This document shows positions 14,217-29,838 of a stretch of 64,000 nucleotides of DNA, one piece after another. Source of the stretch: the human T2T-CHM13v2.0 reference genome, Homo sapiens. The stretch is from NCBI RefSeq assembly GCF_009914755.1, contig NC_060940.1; one strand, written 5' to 3'. The position numbers and the translations under genes were made by a program. A model generated the notes under the pieces. The model saw nothing but the letters and a program-made list of their open reading frames with translations, was not told the origin of the DNA and searched no databases. How positions within the stretch are numbered: the first letter of the stretch is position 1; each line of letters begins with the position of its first letter.

Positions 14217-14218
<2 letters not shown>

Positions 14219-14341
14219 ATCACAGAGTGGGAATAAAGAGTGAAATCCCTAATGAGTAAGGTAGGAAATTTGGACAAAGCAGGCCATAATCACCAGTAAC
14301 AAAACAAGCCCAGAATAATGTTTCCACTTATTTGAAAATTA

Positions 14342-14620
<279 letters not shown>

Positions 14621-14682
14621 TCATCCAAATATGCCTCTTGGTCCTAAGATCCAGCTTTTCAAGCATCCCTTAAATCCATTTT

Positions 14683-14993
<311 letters not shown>

Positions 14994-16964
14994 CCTTAAA
15001 TCTATTTTAATTTACTATCAGGGTCTTTTAATCAAAAAGATTTAGAAGTCAGTAAGAGAATTTATTTAATGCTCTAAACTGAAAGCATTCTCTATTTAGA
15101 GGATAGGTGTTTTTCCTTCTGTTGAAAACTGAACATGTGACTCTGAAATCTTACCAGGTTGACAATGGTATTAAATCTTCAGGTTGCTCAGGTGCCATGA
15201 ATTCAGGGGATGGATAATAAGTATAACGTATTTGAGATGTGTCAGCCACAAAAAGAAAGTTCCTTAACTGTCATCCTGTGGTTTCCTGACTGTTCACAAC
15301 CTTGCCAACTACCACAACAGCATTAATTTTATGTCCAGAATTTTCTTTTTCCTACAATAAACTGAGTTTTACTGTAGGAAAAAGTTAGGGCAAAGTCACC
15401 CATTGAGCCCAGGATAACCACTGGATAAGCTACCAGCACCAGCTTTTGTAAGACTCAGCTTTTTTCTCTTAAAAAATGAGTTCCAGGAAAATGTTCTATT
15501 TCACAAAGGCAGTTTTCCTCCAACTCACTAATGTTTGTTGATCTGAACAAACTCATGCTTTGTTAATAAATTAAGCAAAAATGCTTTTAAAATTCAACCA
15601 CAATGAAACATTTCATCCCGACCTCATTATGTGCCATTTCCATGCCTCGTCAGAGTTTCTGAGAACTCCCCTGTGTGCACCTAAGTGACAGCAGAAAAAT
15701 CTGTTCTCGAGCTACTTTTAGCCAAGTAAATACTTGGAAATTCACTCTGTAGCTAAGAAAGCATATTACTATAGCCTTTCCAAAGACATCTGGTAAACAT
15801 CCAGCACTGAGCACAGTAGATAAGCTTTTTTAGACAAGAGGCGAGCCCTACTTTCAATTGCAGTGAAAGCATAGCCACTGAAAAGAGCCTCCTATATGTT
15901 CACCCTGAACTATCTCAGGGGAATTCTCAGCTTTATGTATGTTAACTGCCCCCTCAATCACCTGTATAGTCTACTAGATGGAAAGGCATGGGCTTGAGGG
16001 TATTGACTATGTCTTGGTCCCTATCGGGAACAATGTACCTAGCATACGGTGGGCATTCAGTATCAACATTTGTTCTGTGAATGAATACCTCCCATAGGGG
16101 TGATGGAGAAAAATTAACATCAGGTAAGATTTAAAGGCATTCTAGAACCCAAGCTCTCTGGACCTCAGGGTCCTTTTCTTATCTTCTGGGGCCGACTTCC
16201 CCTTAGGGCATCAGTAAATTAGTGGGGTTGGCTTTCTGAGGGGTCAGAGGCTGGTGGTGACTCTTGGCAAGCGCAGGCCTGTTGGTAGTCATGGTCTTCT
16301 TAGCAGATACAAGACGCTGGTTTTTTGGCTAAACCAAGGCCTAGGAGTAGAGAGAGATAAGTAAGAAGGGAATAGATCCATTATTCAAAATTTGAATTCT
16401 CAAATTATTTAGAGGCCGCATGTGTTGCCTGATTAATTTTATAGTTCTGAAGGGCCAGATAGCCTGTGGGGTTGCCACATTTATCACTTGGGGTTATTAT
16501 CACAATGTCTTCTTCCTTTTGAATTTATAATCAAGAACTGACTCTGTAACATATGCTAAGTTAGGAAAGGGTCTACAAAGATTTTAGATAGGAGGAGGAG
16601 GAAGAAGAATAACAAAGGGGAAGAAGAAATAAAAGGGGCAGGAGTAGGAGGCAGCAGCAGTGGAAGGAAAAGAGGAAAGGTGAGAAAAAGGAGAAGAAAT
16701 CTCAGTTGCTTAGAGGGTGACATCAGCCATAATTACATTTTTTGCAATGTCCTCCAATCTGGTGCTGAAGATGGGCTTGGCATCTACTTTGCCAAAATCA
16801 TAAAACCTTAACAAGAGGCCAAACCATGAGCTCAAAGAGTAAGAAGAGAGTAGAAAGCTTCTAAGAATATGAACTGTGGTTATTAGAAGATAACCAAAGA
16901 CTGAATCTTGCCAAGCAAAGGACTGACTGGGTAAAGGAGATGATCATGACAGTGATGGTGGTGG

Positions 16965-17160
16965 TGGTAACCATGAGCTTACCATGGCCAGGTAACCCCT
17001 TCAGTTCTCACAACTACCCCCATATCAAGCAGGTTTTATTATTGTTATTCCCATTTTGCAGGTGAGGAACAGAAAGGTAAGTTAAATGTACATGGTCACA
17101 CAGCCAGCAAATGGTAGTGCCAACCTATTCATCCAGGAAGTCTTGATACAATGCTCTCAC
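16965..17160 (-). mobile_element. MIR (interrupted by MLT1C)
   Basis: ccccattttgcaggtgaggaac...ggtcacacagccagcaaatgg. Confidence 0.75.
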
Positions 17161-17164
17161 ACAT

Positions 17165-17687
17165 TGTATTGATTTCTTGTAGTCACTGTAACAAATTTCC
17201 ACAAACTTGGTTGCTTAAAACAACAAAGCTATTCCCTCATAGTTCTGGAGGCCAAAAGTCTGAAATCAGTCTCACTGTGCCCAATTCAAACTGCTGGCAG
17301 TGATGTGCTCTCCAGAGTCTTTCTCCAGAGTCTCCAGGGGGTAATCCATTCCTTGCTCCTCCTGGTGGCTGCCAGCATTCCTTGGCTTGTGGTCGCATTG
17401 CTTCAATCTTTCAGGCCAGCATCTTCAAATCTCTCCCCACTCCAAATTCACATGCTCTTCTTCTCTCAATGTGTGTGTAAAATCTCCCTCTGTCTCTGTC
17501 TCTTCTAAAAACACTTGTGATTGCATTAAGGGCCTACCCAGATAATCCAGGATAATCTCCCCATCCTAAAATCCTTGACATTACCATACCTGGGAAGACC
17601 CTTTTTCCAAATAAGGTAATATTCACAGGGTCCAGGATTAGGATGTGCTATCTTTTTAAGAGGGAGGGCACTTTTTAGCCTACCACA
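17165..17687 (-). mobile_element. MLT1C-like solo LTR
   Basis: tgtatt...taccaca termini; gataatccaggataatctcccc; 5 bp TSD cacat/cccat. Confidence 0.85.
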
Positions 17688-18452
17688 CCCATTCTACTCT
17701 GCTGTAATAGTTTTTAATGGCTTGTATACACTTTTTAAAAAATGCATATGGTTATTGCCAATAAATGAATTTAAGGACTCTATTATGGGAGATAAAAAGG
17801 CAAATATGAAGCTGGGGTGATATTAATAGTTTGTCAAATTATGTCAACATTCTAAAGACTCTGTACTATAATGCAACCCTCTCCTTTAGATCACTGATCT
17901 GTCCTTGAAAACCTCAAACATGGATGATAGTGACAGGTCTTAGGAAAATGTTATCTTGGCTCCATCCTTAGCCACTGTGAGTCAATTAGCAACAGCCATA
18001 GTAACACCTTGATAGCATTTATCATATAATACCAGGGCTCAAAACTCTTCAGGAGCATCCTAGGATGAATAGTGTAGTAAATGCCTCAGTGTGGGAAACA
18101 CCCAGTGTGATGAGTGACCTCATCAACAGGCGCCACATACTCCCCTCTCTACTACCTTACCATCCCCTTTCCTTCAATGTGATCTGTTTTTCTCCCCATT
18201 GATATGTCTTTTTCCCTGTTTTTCTCATGGCCCTTTGCTTACTTTGGGATACCTTTTCATCGGTTCAATTCCATGATCTTCTATAAGCTTAGCTTAAAAC
18301 TTACTTCATGTGAAAAGATGTTCAATATCACTAATCATTAGGGAAATGCAAATGAAAACCATAGTAAGATATCACTTCACTCTCATCAACATGGCGGCAA
18401 TGAAAAAAACAAACAAACAAACAAACAAAAAATAAAACAAAAATAAAATAGA

Positions 18453-18867
<415 letters not shown>

Positions 18868-19284
18868 TTACCACATGATTCAGCAATTGCACTTCTGGGT
18901 ATCCAAAATAATGAAAGCAGGGTCTCAAAGAGATATTTATACACCCATGTTTATACCTGCATTATTCACCATAGCCAAAAGGTAGAAGCAACCCAAATGT
19001 CCATCAACAGAAGAATAGATAAACCAATTATGGTGTATACACAAAATGGAATATTGTTCAGTCTTAAAAAGGAAGGAAATTTTGGCACATGTTCCAACAT
19101 AGAAGAAACTTGAGGACATAATGCTAAGTTAAAAAACAGGCAATCACACACATACACACAAAAAGACAAACAGTGTATGATTCCACTTATATGAGGTACC
19201 TCGAGGAGTCAAATCCTTGGAGACAAAGCAGAACGGTGGATATCAGGGGCTAGAGGGAGGGGAGTTGCCATTTAATGGGTATGA

Positions 19285-19624
<340 letters not shown>

Positions 19625-20222
19625 TGAATAAGTTCTGAAGATTGGTTGCCTAATAAAATGAGTATACTTAACACTACTGAACTGTACATTTAAATGGTTA
19701 AGATGGTAAATTTTGTTATGCATATTTTACTGCAACTTTTTAAAGTTAATACAAAGAATCTTTATTTCATTCAAAAAGCTTGTTTACCTAATTCAGATGG
19801 CTCTTCTTTGTTTATGCTGTTTCATTTTAATTGTAGAGAAGAAATTTGAGGTCAAGGAATTGATGCCTGCCTGAATAGGTTTTCCTCTTTCTCCCTAAGG
19901 AAAAAGATCAGGTTTTCTCCTTCATTGTTCTCCAAAGCACTCAATGTGGCCCTCTTCACATAGAAAATTGAAATGTCACAAAGTGATCAAGTCAAAATAA
20001 AATGTTATAATGTCTAAAGACAATAGGAGACTGAACAATGACAAAATTGGCCAGGAAAAAACAAATTCCTAGAGGAAGGCAAATGTTAAAAAATGATATA
20101 AAAACTAGGAACACTTTTTTTCCACTGCTTACCAATGATAAAAGAGCAAAAAGTACTTGATAAGTGGTTATGCCTATGGAAGTGCCTAATTTGTGTTTAC
20201 AAAGGAAAATTTGGTTCGGTAC

Positions 20223-20580
20223 TGATACCATTTAGCTCTTTGTCCCCACCCAAATCTCATTTCAAATGGTAATCCCCACATGTCAGGGAAGGATCTGGTG
20301 GGAGGTGACTGGATCATGGGGGCAGTTTCCCCTATGCTGTTCTCATGATAGTGAGTTCTTACAAGATCTGATGGTTTAAAAGTGGCACTTCCTCCTTTGC
20401 TCTCTCTCTCCTGCCACCCATGTAAGACATGCCTTGCCTCCCCTTTGCCTACCACCAAGATTTTAAGTTTCCTGAGGCCTCCCCAGCCACATGGAACTGC
20501 AAGTCAATTAAACCTCTTTCCTTCATACATTACCCAGTCTCAGATCTATCTTTACAGCAGTGTGAGGATGGACTAATACA
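20223..20580 (+). mobile_element. THE1 (C/D-like) solo LTR
   Basis: tgata...tgtccccacccaaatctcat...aattaaacctcttt...ggactaataca. Confidence 0.9.
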
Positions 20581-20602
20581 AATACTTAATGGTATAGTTG
20601 AG

Positions 20603-20787
20603 ATCCGTTCTCAAATTTTGCATGCCTCAGAATCACCAGGAAGACTTGTTAAGGCACAGATGGCTCAACCTGACCCCTAGAGATTCTGATTCAGCAGCAT
20701 TGGGCTGAGACCCAAGAATGTGAATTTCTAGTAAGTTCAAGTGATACTGATCCCATTGGTTCGGGGACCACAGCTTGAGATCACTAG
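20603..20787. mobile_element. MER5A/B (hAT-Charlie MITE)
   Basis: gttctcaaa..gaatcacc..gattctgattcag..ggggaccaca..ttgag. Confidence 0.8.
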
Positions 20788-21262
20788 TTTGGATCTGTAT
20801 TTTCTTGATGAGGACACCAACAAACATGAAACTGGAAATGTCAGTTCAGACTGGGCTCCATGCAAACTCAGAGGAAGACCCTTTGCATCTCACTAGGCTC
20901 TTTCCTCCATCTACATTTTTTCCTTTGGCAAAGTTCGGAATTTTAAAAGCAGCATATATACTTAGCAGTTGCAGTTTCAAGTAAATCAGAGATGGTTTTA
21001 TTCAAATAAGGTACAATCCTTCACTTTTAAAGGAAACTCAAAACAGGACTTCAGCTAGATTTAATTGCAATGAGATGCATTTAAGTGAGAAAGGATTGCA
21101 GCACCTCTCCCAGGATTAAAGGGAGTTCAGGACAGCAGCACCTCTACCAGAAATTAAAATCAGATACCTTGATACCCAGCAACTGGTCATTTTCCACTTT
21201 GATGGCTCCTAAGTCAGAAATCATGCACTTAATGATACCTTTCTTAAAATTACCATCATGTC

Positions 21263-21562
<300 letters not shown>

Positions 21563-22467
21563 TTACCGTCATGTCTAAAATAAGGCTGGTTGTGACAGCA
21601 ATAAAACAGAATAATACTATATTTAAAAATCAGGAACAAAACTAACTTTGAAAGAAACTACTCTCTTCAGCATGAGAAAATAATTCAATTCATAGGTTAA
21701 GTGGTACATGAAGTCACAAAATATGGTGCATACATTCTTATAGAATATACAGTGAGTTCATGGACACCATCATCTATTGAAATCTGTATAGGTATACCTC
21801 TACACACACAGCATGACTTAACAGTACAGTACTGTATGTATCAGCAAAATTCCAGTTCATATTATCTTAGCTAGAGACACAAGACTGAGTAGTTTATGGT
21901 TACATTAGACTCTTGAGATGTGTCCACCTTTTAGTCACCATTTTCTACGATTACAATGAGTACAAGTGTATATACAAGTTCCTACAGAATTGAAAATAAA
22001 ATGTATGCCTTCTATTAAAACTCAAGTGAGAAATACACCCGAAACCGACTACATTAATCTTTTAATGGAAGATTTCACTTTTGGGAAACTCTTTGCCAAA
22101 AATATTAAGTCTGAAGTTTATTTCCTAGAGTAGTTCATATATGTAAAAGCAAACAAAATTTACAATGTATCTTACTGTTGCAAGGATTCAGTTAGAATGA
22201 ATCAAGTCATGTGCCACCAAGCTTCCCATTTACACACAGCAACTCTCACACCATAACCCACCAAGTCCGTAATAGAACAGGTGCTACTCATTCACCAGCA
22301 TTATAATGAGTTTCTACTGAATTCTTATTAACCGAAGGGAACACCATTCATGATGTCTATGCTATTTTCTGCATAGGGATAGCAAAGAACAAAACCCAAC
22401 TGTTCTAGCAGTCCCGTTCAGGAGGCTGAGTCACAATGACAAAACCACTTAAAACTTACAAACAAGG

Positions 22468-22861
<394 letters not shown>

Positions 22862-22899
22862 CTAGAGCATACAAAAATTGCCTAATAACAGCTTCCCAA

Positions 22900-24620
22900 T
22901 AAAGGAAAAGAATGACTAAATAGACCAGTGAACACCAAAAGAATGCCTAGAAACAGATCCCACATTTATGAAAACTTGATAAAAGGGCAGGTTCTACAGG
23001 CCAGTAGAGAAAGGATGGAGTATTTAATAAATGGTGCTAGGTTAACTGATTGTCCATGTTGGGGGAAAATGAATTTGGATTCCTACCTTGTACCATACAC
23101 AGGCACCACCCCCAAGATGATTAAAGATTTTACCACGTGAAATAGTTTGGATCTGTGTCCCCGCCCAAATCTCATGTTGAATTGTAATCCCTGACGCTGG
23201 AGGTGGGCCTGGGGGGAGATGATTGGATCATGGATGTGGATTGCTCATTAATGGTTTAGCACCATCCTCTTGGTGCTGTACTTGTGAGATTGAGTCAATT
23301 TTTTGAGATCTGGTTGTTTAAAAGTGTATGGCATCTCCCCACCCTCTCTCTCCCACTCCTGCTTTTCCCTTGCAACATGCCTGTTCCCCCTTCACCTTCC
23401 ACCATGATTATAAGTTTCTTGAGGCCTCCCCAGAAGGGTAGCAGGTGCCAGCATCCATGCTTCCTATACAGCCTCCAGAACCATGAGGCAATTAAACCTC
23501 TTTTCTTTACAAATTGTCCAATCTCAGGTATTTCTTTACAGCAACGCAAGAATGGCCTAATATACCAGGAAAGGCACAACTTTAAAATATTCAGAATTTA
23601 AAACATTTCATAAAATATGGGAGACTATTTTTATGAGTTCAGTGTAGGGAAGGATTTTTTTTTTAAACAAGATACTAAAAATCCAAACCAGAAAGTGAAA
23701 GACTGATACATAAGAATTTATTAAAATTAATAACTGTTCTTGATCAAAAGACATCATAAAGAGCATGAAAAGGCAAGCAACAGAATGGAAAAAAACATCT
23801 GCACACACATAACTAGCAGAGTTAATATTCAGAATATATAAGAACATTCTACAAAATGGTAAGAAAAAGACAAATGAGTTGGTAGAAAAATGGGTAGAAG
23901 ACATAAACAGGCCCTTTTCAGAAGAGAAAACAAATGGCTAATATTCATATGAAAAGATTTTCAACCTCACTAGTATTCAAGGAAATATAACCACAGTGAG
24001 ATAAAATTTTAAATCACCAGACAGACAAAAATTCAGGATTCTGATGTTTCCAGGGCTGGCAAGGACATGGAACAATGACAACTGTTATGTAGCGCTAGTA
24101 GGGATGTAAACTGGTGCTACCATTTTAGAAAATAATTTGGTATTATCAAGCAAAGTTGAAAATGTGCATGCCCTACAACCCAGAACTTCTCATGTGAGAC
24201 ACATGCCCTGAAGAAACACTCACACATATGCAGGAATATTCCTTGTGACAATGTTGGGAATAGCAAAAAGTAGAAGCAACACCACCATCCATCAGCAGGG
24301 GACTGGATAAATAAACTGGGCTACATTCATTCAATGAAATACTTTCTAACAATGAAAATAATGAAGTTAGCAATATGCAACAGTATGGATGAATCTTGGA
24401 AATATAAATTTCCATGAAAAAAGCAAGTTGGAAGACAGTGCCTAAAATAGGATACCATATAAAGTTTCAAGATAAGCAAAATTAAAGGAGGCTTTCAGGA
24501 ACACATATATATCATCCCTATATATAACATGGTCGTACAATGTGTATGTGTGTGTGCTTGTGTGTGTTAAGGGGCAATATCATAAGAAAAAAGAATTCAG
24601 GATGCTAGTTACTTCTGGCT
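22900..24620 (+). mobile_element. L1ME-type ORF2/3' fragment interrupted by MSTA
   Basis: aataaatggtgct, aaaaggcaagcaacagaatggaaaa and gctagtagggatgtaaactgg motifs. Confidence 0.8.
23138..23564 (+). mobile_element. MSTA solo LTR
   Basis: tgaaatagtttggatctgtgtccccgcccaaatctcatgttgaattgtaatcc...; TSD ccacg/ccagg. Confidence 0.88.
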
Positions 24621-26248
24621 AGGAAGAAAAGATGAGTCCCAAGGGAATTTTTAATAAGCTTCACTTCATTTAGATAGAAAAGGGTTTTTAAAAAATCAAA
24701 CGTGGTTTTTATAAACCTAATTGCACATATATAAAACCAGAGGTGGTGGAAGACAGCCCTGGGGCCACACAAGGGGAACTTTTCTTGGCTGAGCTGATAC
24801 CAGCATGAGAAGTCTAGCCTGTCTTCACACTATCCTGATAAATCCATGCACGAGCCCCAGGGATGCACCCTTTGCAGTCCATGACTGAGAGAGAAGTCAA
24901 AGCTCTGGAATATGGTTACACTCTGGAATGGTGTCCAGGTAAGAGAGGGAGCTAGGGTCCCTCACTCCCACCCAAGAGTCTCATCATTCTTATCGCTATT
25001 GAAATCAAACTTTCAGTCACTGCTGGCTACTCAGAATGTCAAACGCAGCAGGCATCAATGGTTGGAGGAGCTGGAGAGGGAGAGAGAAATACCGGAATAC
25101 ATACATAGAGATGCTGTGATGGTTACAAGTGAGCAAAGGGGAGAGAGATTAGGACAGCCAACCATGATTAAATGTTATGTTTTCATTCTACTATCCAACC
25201 CTTGTCTCTGGCCACAGAGTCATTTTATACCATTCTTGTCCTTTGTTTTTAGTTGAATCATCTCTCAAACTAGACACCATGTCAAATAGATTTTAGCTCC
25301 TTTCACATTGATGCCTATTTTCTTTGGAAAATACTTGAATTGCACTTCAATGTCAACTCTTTAATAGAAATGGACATTTCTGGGATGATGCTGGAGATGC
25401 AGAAATGAATCAGACATGGTTCCTGCCCTCAAGTTACTTACTAGGTTAGCAAAGAATGGCAGACAAGTACCAGCGACCAAAGTATTGAATACGGTACCCT
25501 AGAAATACACGTGGGGCTGGGGAGGAGTACTAAGGAGAGCACGTCGGGTCTGTATATGAAATATGAGTAGAGAAAGAAGAAAACAGCAATAAAAAGAAGC
25601 AAATTCTAAAAGTCAAAAATATAAGCCACTAATGTGGAATACCCTGACATTAGGGATCCCTAAAAATTTCCTGTACCTTTGCTAGGATTTATTCTGTGGA
25701 AATGTTAGCTACATTACGTACACTTCCGGATCCTAATACCAACAAACATTTGGTGGATTAAACTTGAGTGATCATCTTCTATCTCTATTAAATGAATGGA
25801 TCTAATGAAATCAACAGTTTGTGTCTTTATACATCAGACACTACACTAAGTGTATAAAAGCAAACAAGTCATGGTCCCTGCTCTTAGAGAGTTCACAGTA
25901 ATACACCCAGCATTTTAAGAAAAAGTATACCATACAATGGGGTAAAAACGTATTTATAAGAACTACATTGCCTCTACTAGACTAAAGAGGGCACACAGAT
26001 GACTCAATTATTTAAAATAATGCCTTCTAATTCATGACTAACTCAAGGGGAAGGAGAAACGTGTACACACACACCACCCACACTCTCGTTTCAAATCTCT
26101 ATATGACATGGCAAACCATCTACCAATTATTACTTATATTTGAACCTGCTTTCAAATGATTAGGTTCCAATATATTTCACTGAATATATACTTTTAAATG
26201 GTAGGTCCCCAAACATATCTTATTTTGAGCTCTATTTTTAATGTTACA

Positions 26249-26267
26249 GAAGCAGCAGGGGGCAATC
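26249..26267 (+). promoter_or_regulatory. CTCF-like core motif (candidate only)
   Basis: gaagcagcagggggcaatc resembles CCAGCAGGGGGCGC and lies in a TE-poor block. Confidence 0.3.
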
Positions 26268-27333
26268 TAACTTAGGAAACCTGCTGTGAAAGTGATGAGG
26301 AATAAGCAAGCCTGCATCCTAGAGCTGCTCGGGGGGAAGAAAAAATCTCCACTTTGCTGAATACTAAATATGGTGTAGAGGGAAAGCTGAAATATACATT
26401 GGAGAGAACACATCCAAGGCAGTTAAAAAAACAGAAGGTGAAGGGTCCACTCTGGGATAAAACACGATGGAACCAAATGAAATGAATATAAAGTAAAATA
26501 AAATTTTAAAAAACCTCATGCAGGCTAACAGAAATCTATGAAGGCATACAGACATACTGGGATTTTTGTTTTAACTTTGCCTGCGGGCACTTCTGAGCCC
26601 AAATAACTGCAGATCTGGGAATAACAGGTGTTTATTGATTTCTTTGTGATTTTTCTCTTTTTTATTTCTTTCCCTTTTTTTTTTTTTTTTTTCCTGTGGT
26701 ACTGGAACAGAAAGACATATGTATTCCATATGTAACACTTTAGAAAATGAAAGGCAAGAGAAACATTGAACAGATGTATGGAGTAGGGACCCACTTTCCC
26801 CAGTGCAGCTTAATGTCAATATACCAACTGCTTTCCTTATATTATCCTAAAAAGAAAAGGTACCCAAATTTCCCCACAAAAATATTAACTGACAAGAAGC
26901 TTGCATGTTAGCGTGGACATCAGTTCTAATCAGAAAGTAGCAACCTTATCTTTCTCAGTTTAATTCTTCTTTCTAAAAGGCTTACATGAAATACCATGGA
27001 ATCCTTAAAGGGCCATCACTAGTTTGGTTTTACAAGCATTTGAAGCTTAAAAGAGAAAGACCAACAGGCCTCCAAAAACATCCATTTTTTAAAATCTTTG
27101 TTAAGTTGAGCTACAAAATCATACATCAAGGTTGATTTAGTCTGATATGTACCAAAAAGTTCAAAAGATAAGAAGCTCTCTCTCTAGATGATAAATTATC
27201 AACCATAATCTAGTCTTTTTAAAATGTATCTGCAGGCTGCAGCCTTCCATCTATCAAATCAAGATGAGTCCCTCTTACAGTTCAAGTATCTGGTAATGTT
27301 TAGGGGACAAGTCAACATACCCAAACAAAACAC

Positions 27334-27502
27334 ATCTATTTGTATTTTCCCCGAAAATTTAAGGAAAAGCTTTTAATCTCTCTGGGCACTGGGTTTAATT
27401 TTAAGAGCAAGGCAAATTATCTATTTTTATTTTCCTCCAGTTTGGGGAAAAACTTTATAATCTCTCTGGTTACTGGGTTTAATTTTAACAGCAAGGCAAA
27501 TT
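27334..27502 (+). repeat. Degenerate tandem duplication, ~85 bp x2
   Basis: atctattt..tattttcc...taatctctctgg..actgggtttaattttaa.agcaaggcaaatt occurs at 27334-27418 and 27419-27502. Confidence 0.9.
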
Positions 27503-29838
27503 ACATCCCATGAGAGAACAAAAGCTACTGAAACTAAAAAAGAAAGGAGAAATTGGAAGTTTAATGCTGATATTTTGCAAAAGATGAAGAGCTTTGAAAT
27601 AGAGGAGGGAAGTGGGGAATGAGCAGGAGATGGTGTTTTCTGAACCCAGTTTGGGAGACAAATGGAAATCAGTGTAGAGGAGCTAGTCACAAAGTGAAGA
27701 GGCAGGTGGGGGTAAGCACAGACAAGCAGCTCACAGGAAAAAAGGAGGGCAGAGTGCCAGGGGTCCCATGGAGTCAGCAGGAAGCCCCGTGCTTCCAAAG
27801 ATGAAACAAACTTCTCTAGAGGGAAAAAAAAATTTTTTTTGTTTAAATATTCCTACATATGTCAAATGGTGAACTTAGGCAGCAAATAAACCGCAGGGAA
27901 GACTAATGACAGACGGTGCTAAACAGCAGTGGAAGAGTACAGTGGCCTGTGAGGAAGAATTCATTGTTCAGGAATTACAGTTTCATAAGGACCCAGATTT
28001 TTTTTTTGTCTCCAAAGGCTATGGCAGCTGCAGTCTGTAGATGTGATTTAAAAAAAAAAAAAAAACTCTGAGCAGAAGGTACATTCCCTTATGGCATGAC
28101 CGTATTTTCTATAGCAATAATCTTCTGTCCACAAAAGGAACAAGAGAATAAGAGAAGACCACAGGAGACAGATACAATTTCATTCAAGGGGAAAAGCGAG
28201 GGCTGTACAACCAGATTACACAAAGGCGTGTGCTGGGGCTCTTGTTTATTATGATTTTAAATGTTGGTAGAGGGTTTATACCCACCAGCTTGTGTTTTGG
28301 AACTGGTGGAAGATGCTAGAATCTTCGAGGAGCAAAAGAAAAGAAATTGATTTAAACACACGCACATGCATTCACAATCCTAATCTGGCTGCAGTTTCTT
28401 TAAAAAAAAAAAAAAAAAAGCAAAAAGCTTCCTTCAAATTGTTCAGGACCACTCCAATTTCCTGTGTAGACCCAAACATTTGCATGTTTTTTCTGTGTCT
28501 CCTAAATTACCCAAGTTACTTAATACATGCACAGTAAGAAACATTTTTAAATGAGTCAGTCTTTATTGAATTATGATTTCCAGCAAACTCTAATAACAAA
28601 ATTCAAATTGCTCTTGCAGATGAGAATTTTTAGAGTGCTGGGACATAACCGAGATTTTAAGAGTATTCAAAGAGCCACCCACCAAGTGTGTGTAGTAACT
28701 GAATACTGACTGATGAAATACTTTAAATAGTTAATTAGATTTGCCAAGAAAAAAAAATCAATCATTAAGAGTCCACACTCTAGGAGATACAGATGATAAA
28801 GAACTTGTTGGTACACCCAGGGTGTAGTCAAAAGTAAAGCTTAACAAAATAAAGTTTTCAGATTTCCATCGCACTGTCTGCAGTCAGCACAATGCAATTA
28901 GCAACACATCAGAAGGAGGGAAAAGCGACTTTTGCCCCATGATTTCTTTTTTCTAAGGAATTTCTTCAGCCTGCTTAAAAGGCATTTTGCAAGCAAGGAA
29001 TAACAGAGACACTCAGATTCTATCAGGGGTTGCATCGCCTATGAACACCTGCAAACTGAATTTGCTCTGTTTTGCTAACCATTTATTTTGTCTTTACTGG
29101 GTTTTCAAAGGGAAATGTGATAACCCCACTGTTCTTTAGATGCTCAACAGGATGTTTAATCTAATAAAGCTATTGCAACAAAATGGATTAAAGCAACATG
29201 GCACATTTGTAATTTGGGATCTGTGAAAGAATTTTAACATTCGGGTGCTGTGAGCTCAATCTTAAAAATGTTATTGGTAGATGAAAGCCGAGCATCTAAG
29301 TAACGTCTGCTTTTCTTCTTTAAGCATCTTCATATTGCTACTGCTTACATGAAGCCAGGACAAGAACGGCTCCTGGGATACCATTCCCTGTGTCTTTGCA
29401 TCATTAAAAAAATAAAAAAATAAAAACACTTGAAGTCCTAGAATTATCATCTGGCAGAAACATCTAAGAGTAGGAAGAACACAGAAATGAAATGAGAAAA
29501 GGAATTTGAATGTAAATATTATGAGGGTATCTTACCCTCATATTGAAAGTTGTCACCCAAAAAAGGTGATAAAATTTACTTACAAATTTTTAAAAATCAG
29601 TATTTCCCAAATATGTTTTGCACTGGATGTGTCCCTCTGGCTATGAAATGTATATTACTCATCCCACATCTGACCTCGATTGTTTAATGTGTTGGAATTT
29701 TTATATTGTTGAGAAGGAAATGGTGATAGCTTTCACTCTTCTTTGTACCACTTATTTCAGAAATGACCAGCTAACATCAAGCAAATCTACCTAGTACAGG
29801 GTAGAGACCAGTGATAGGCAACAGGAATATAACACGAG

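Noticed and set aside
15155-15198. Minus-strand ATG-MAPEQPEDLIPLST followed by a CTG|GTAAGA donor, a possible alternative first exon
   Set aside because: I do not recognise the peptide, the Kozak context is weak, and there is no promoter or acceptor evidence. Such a match is expected by chance in 64 kb.
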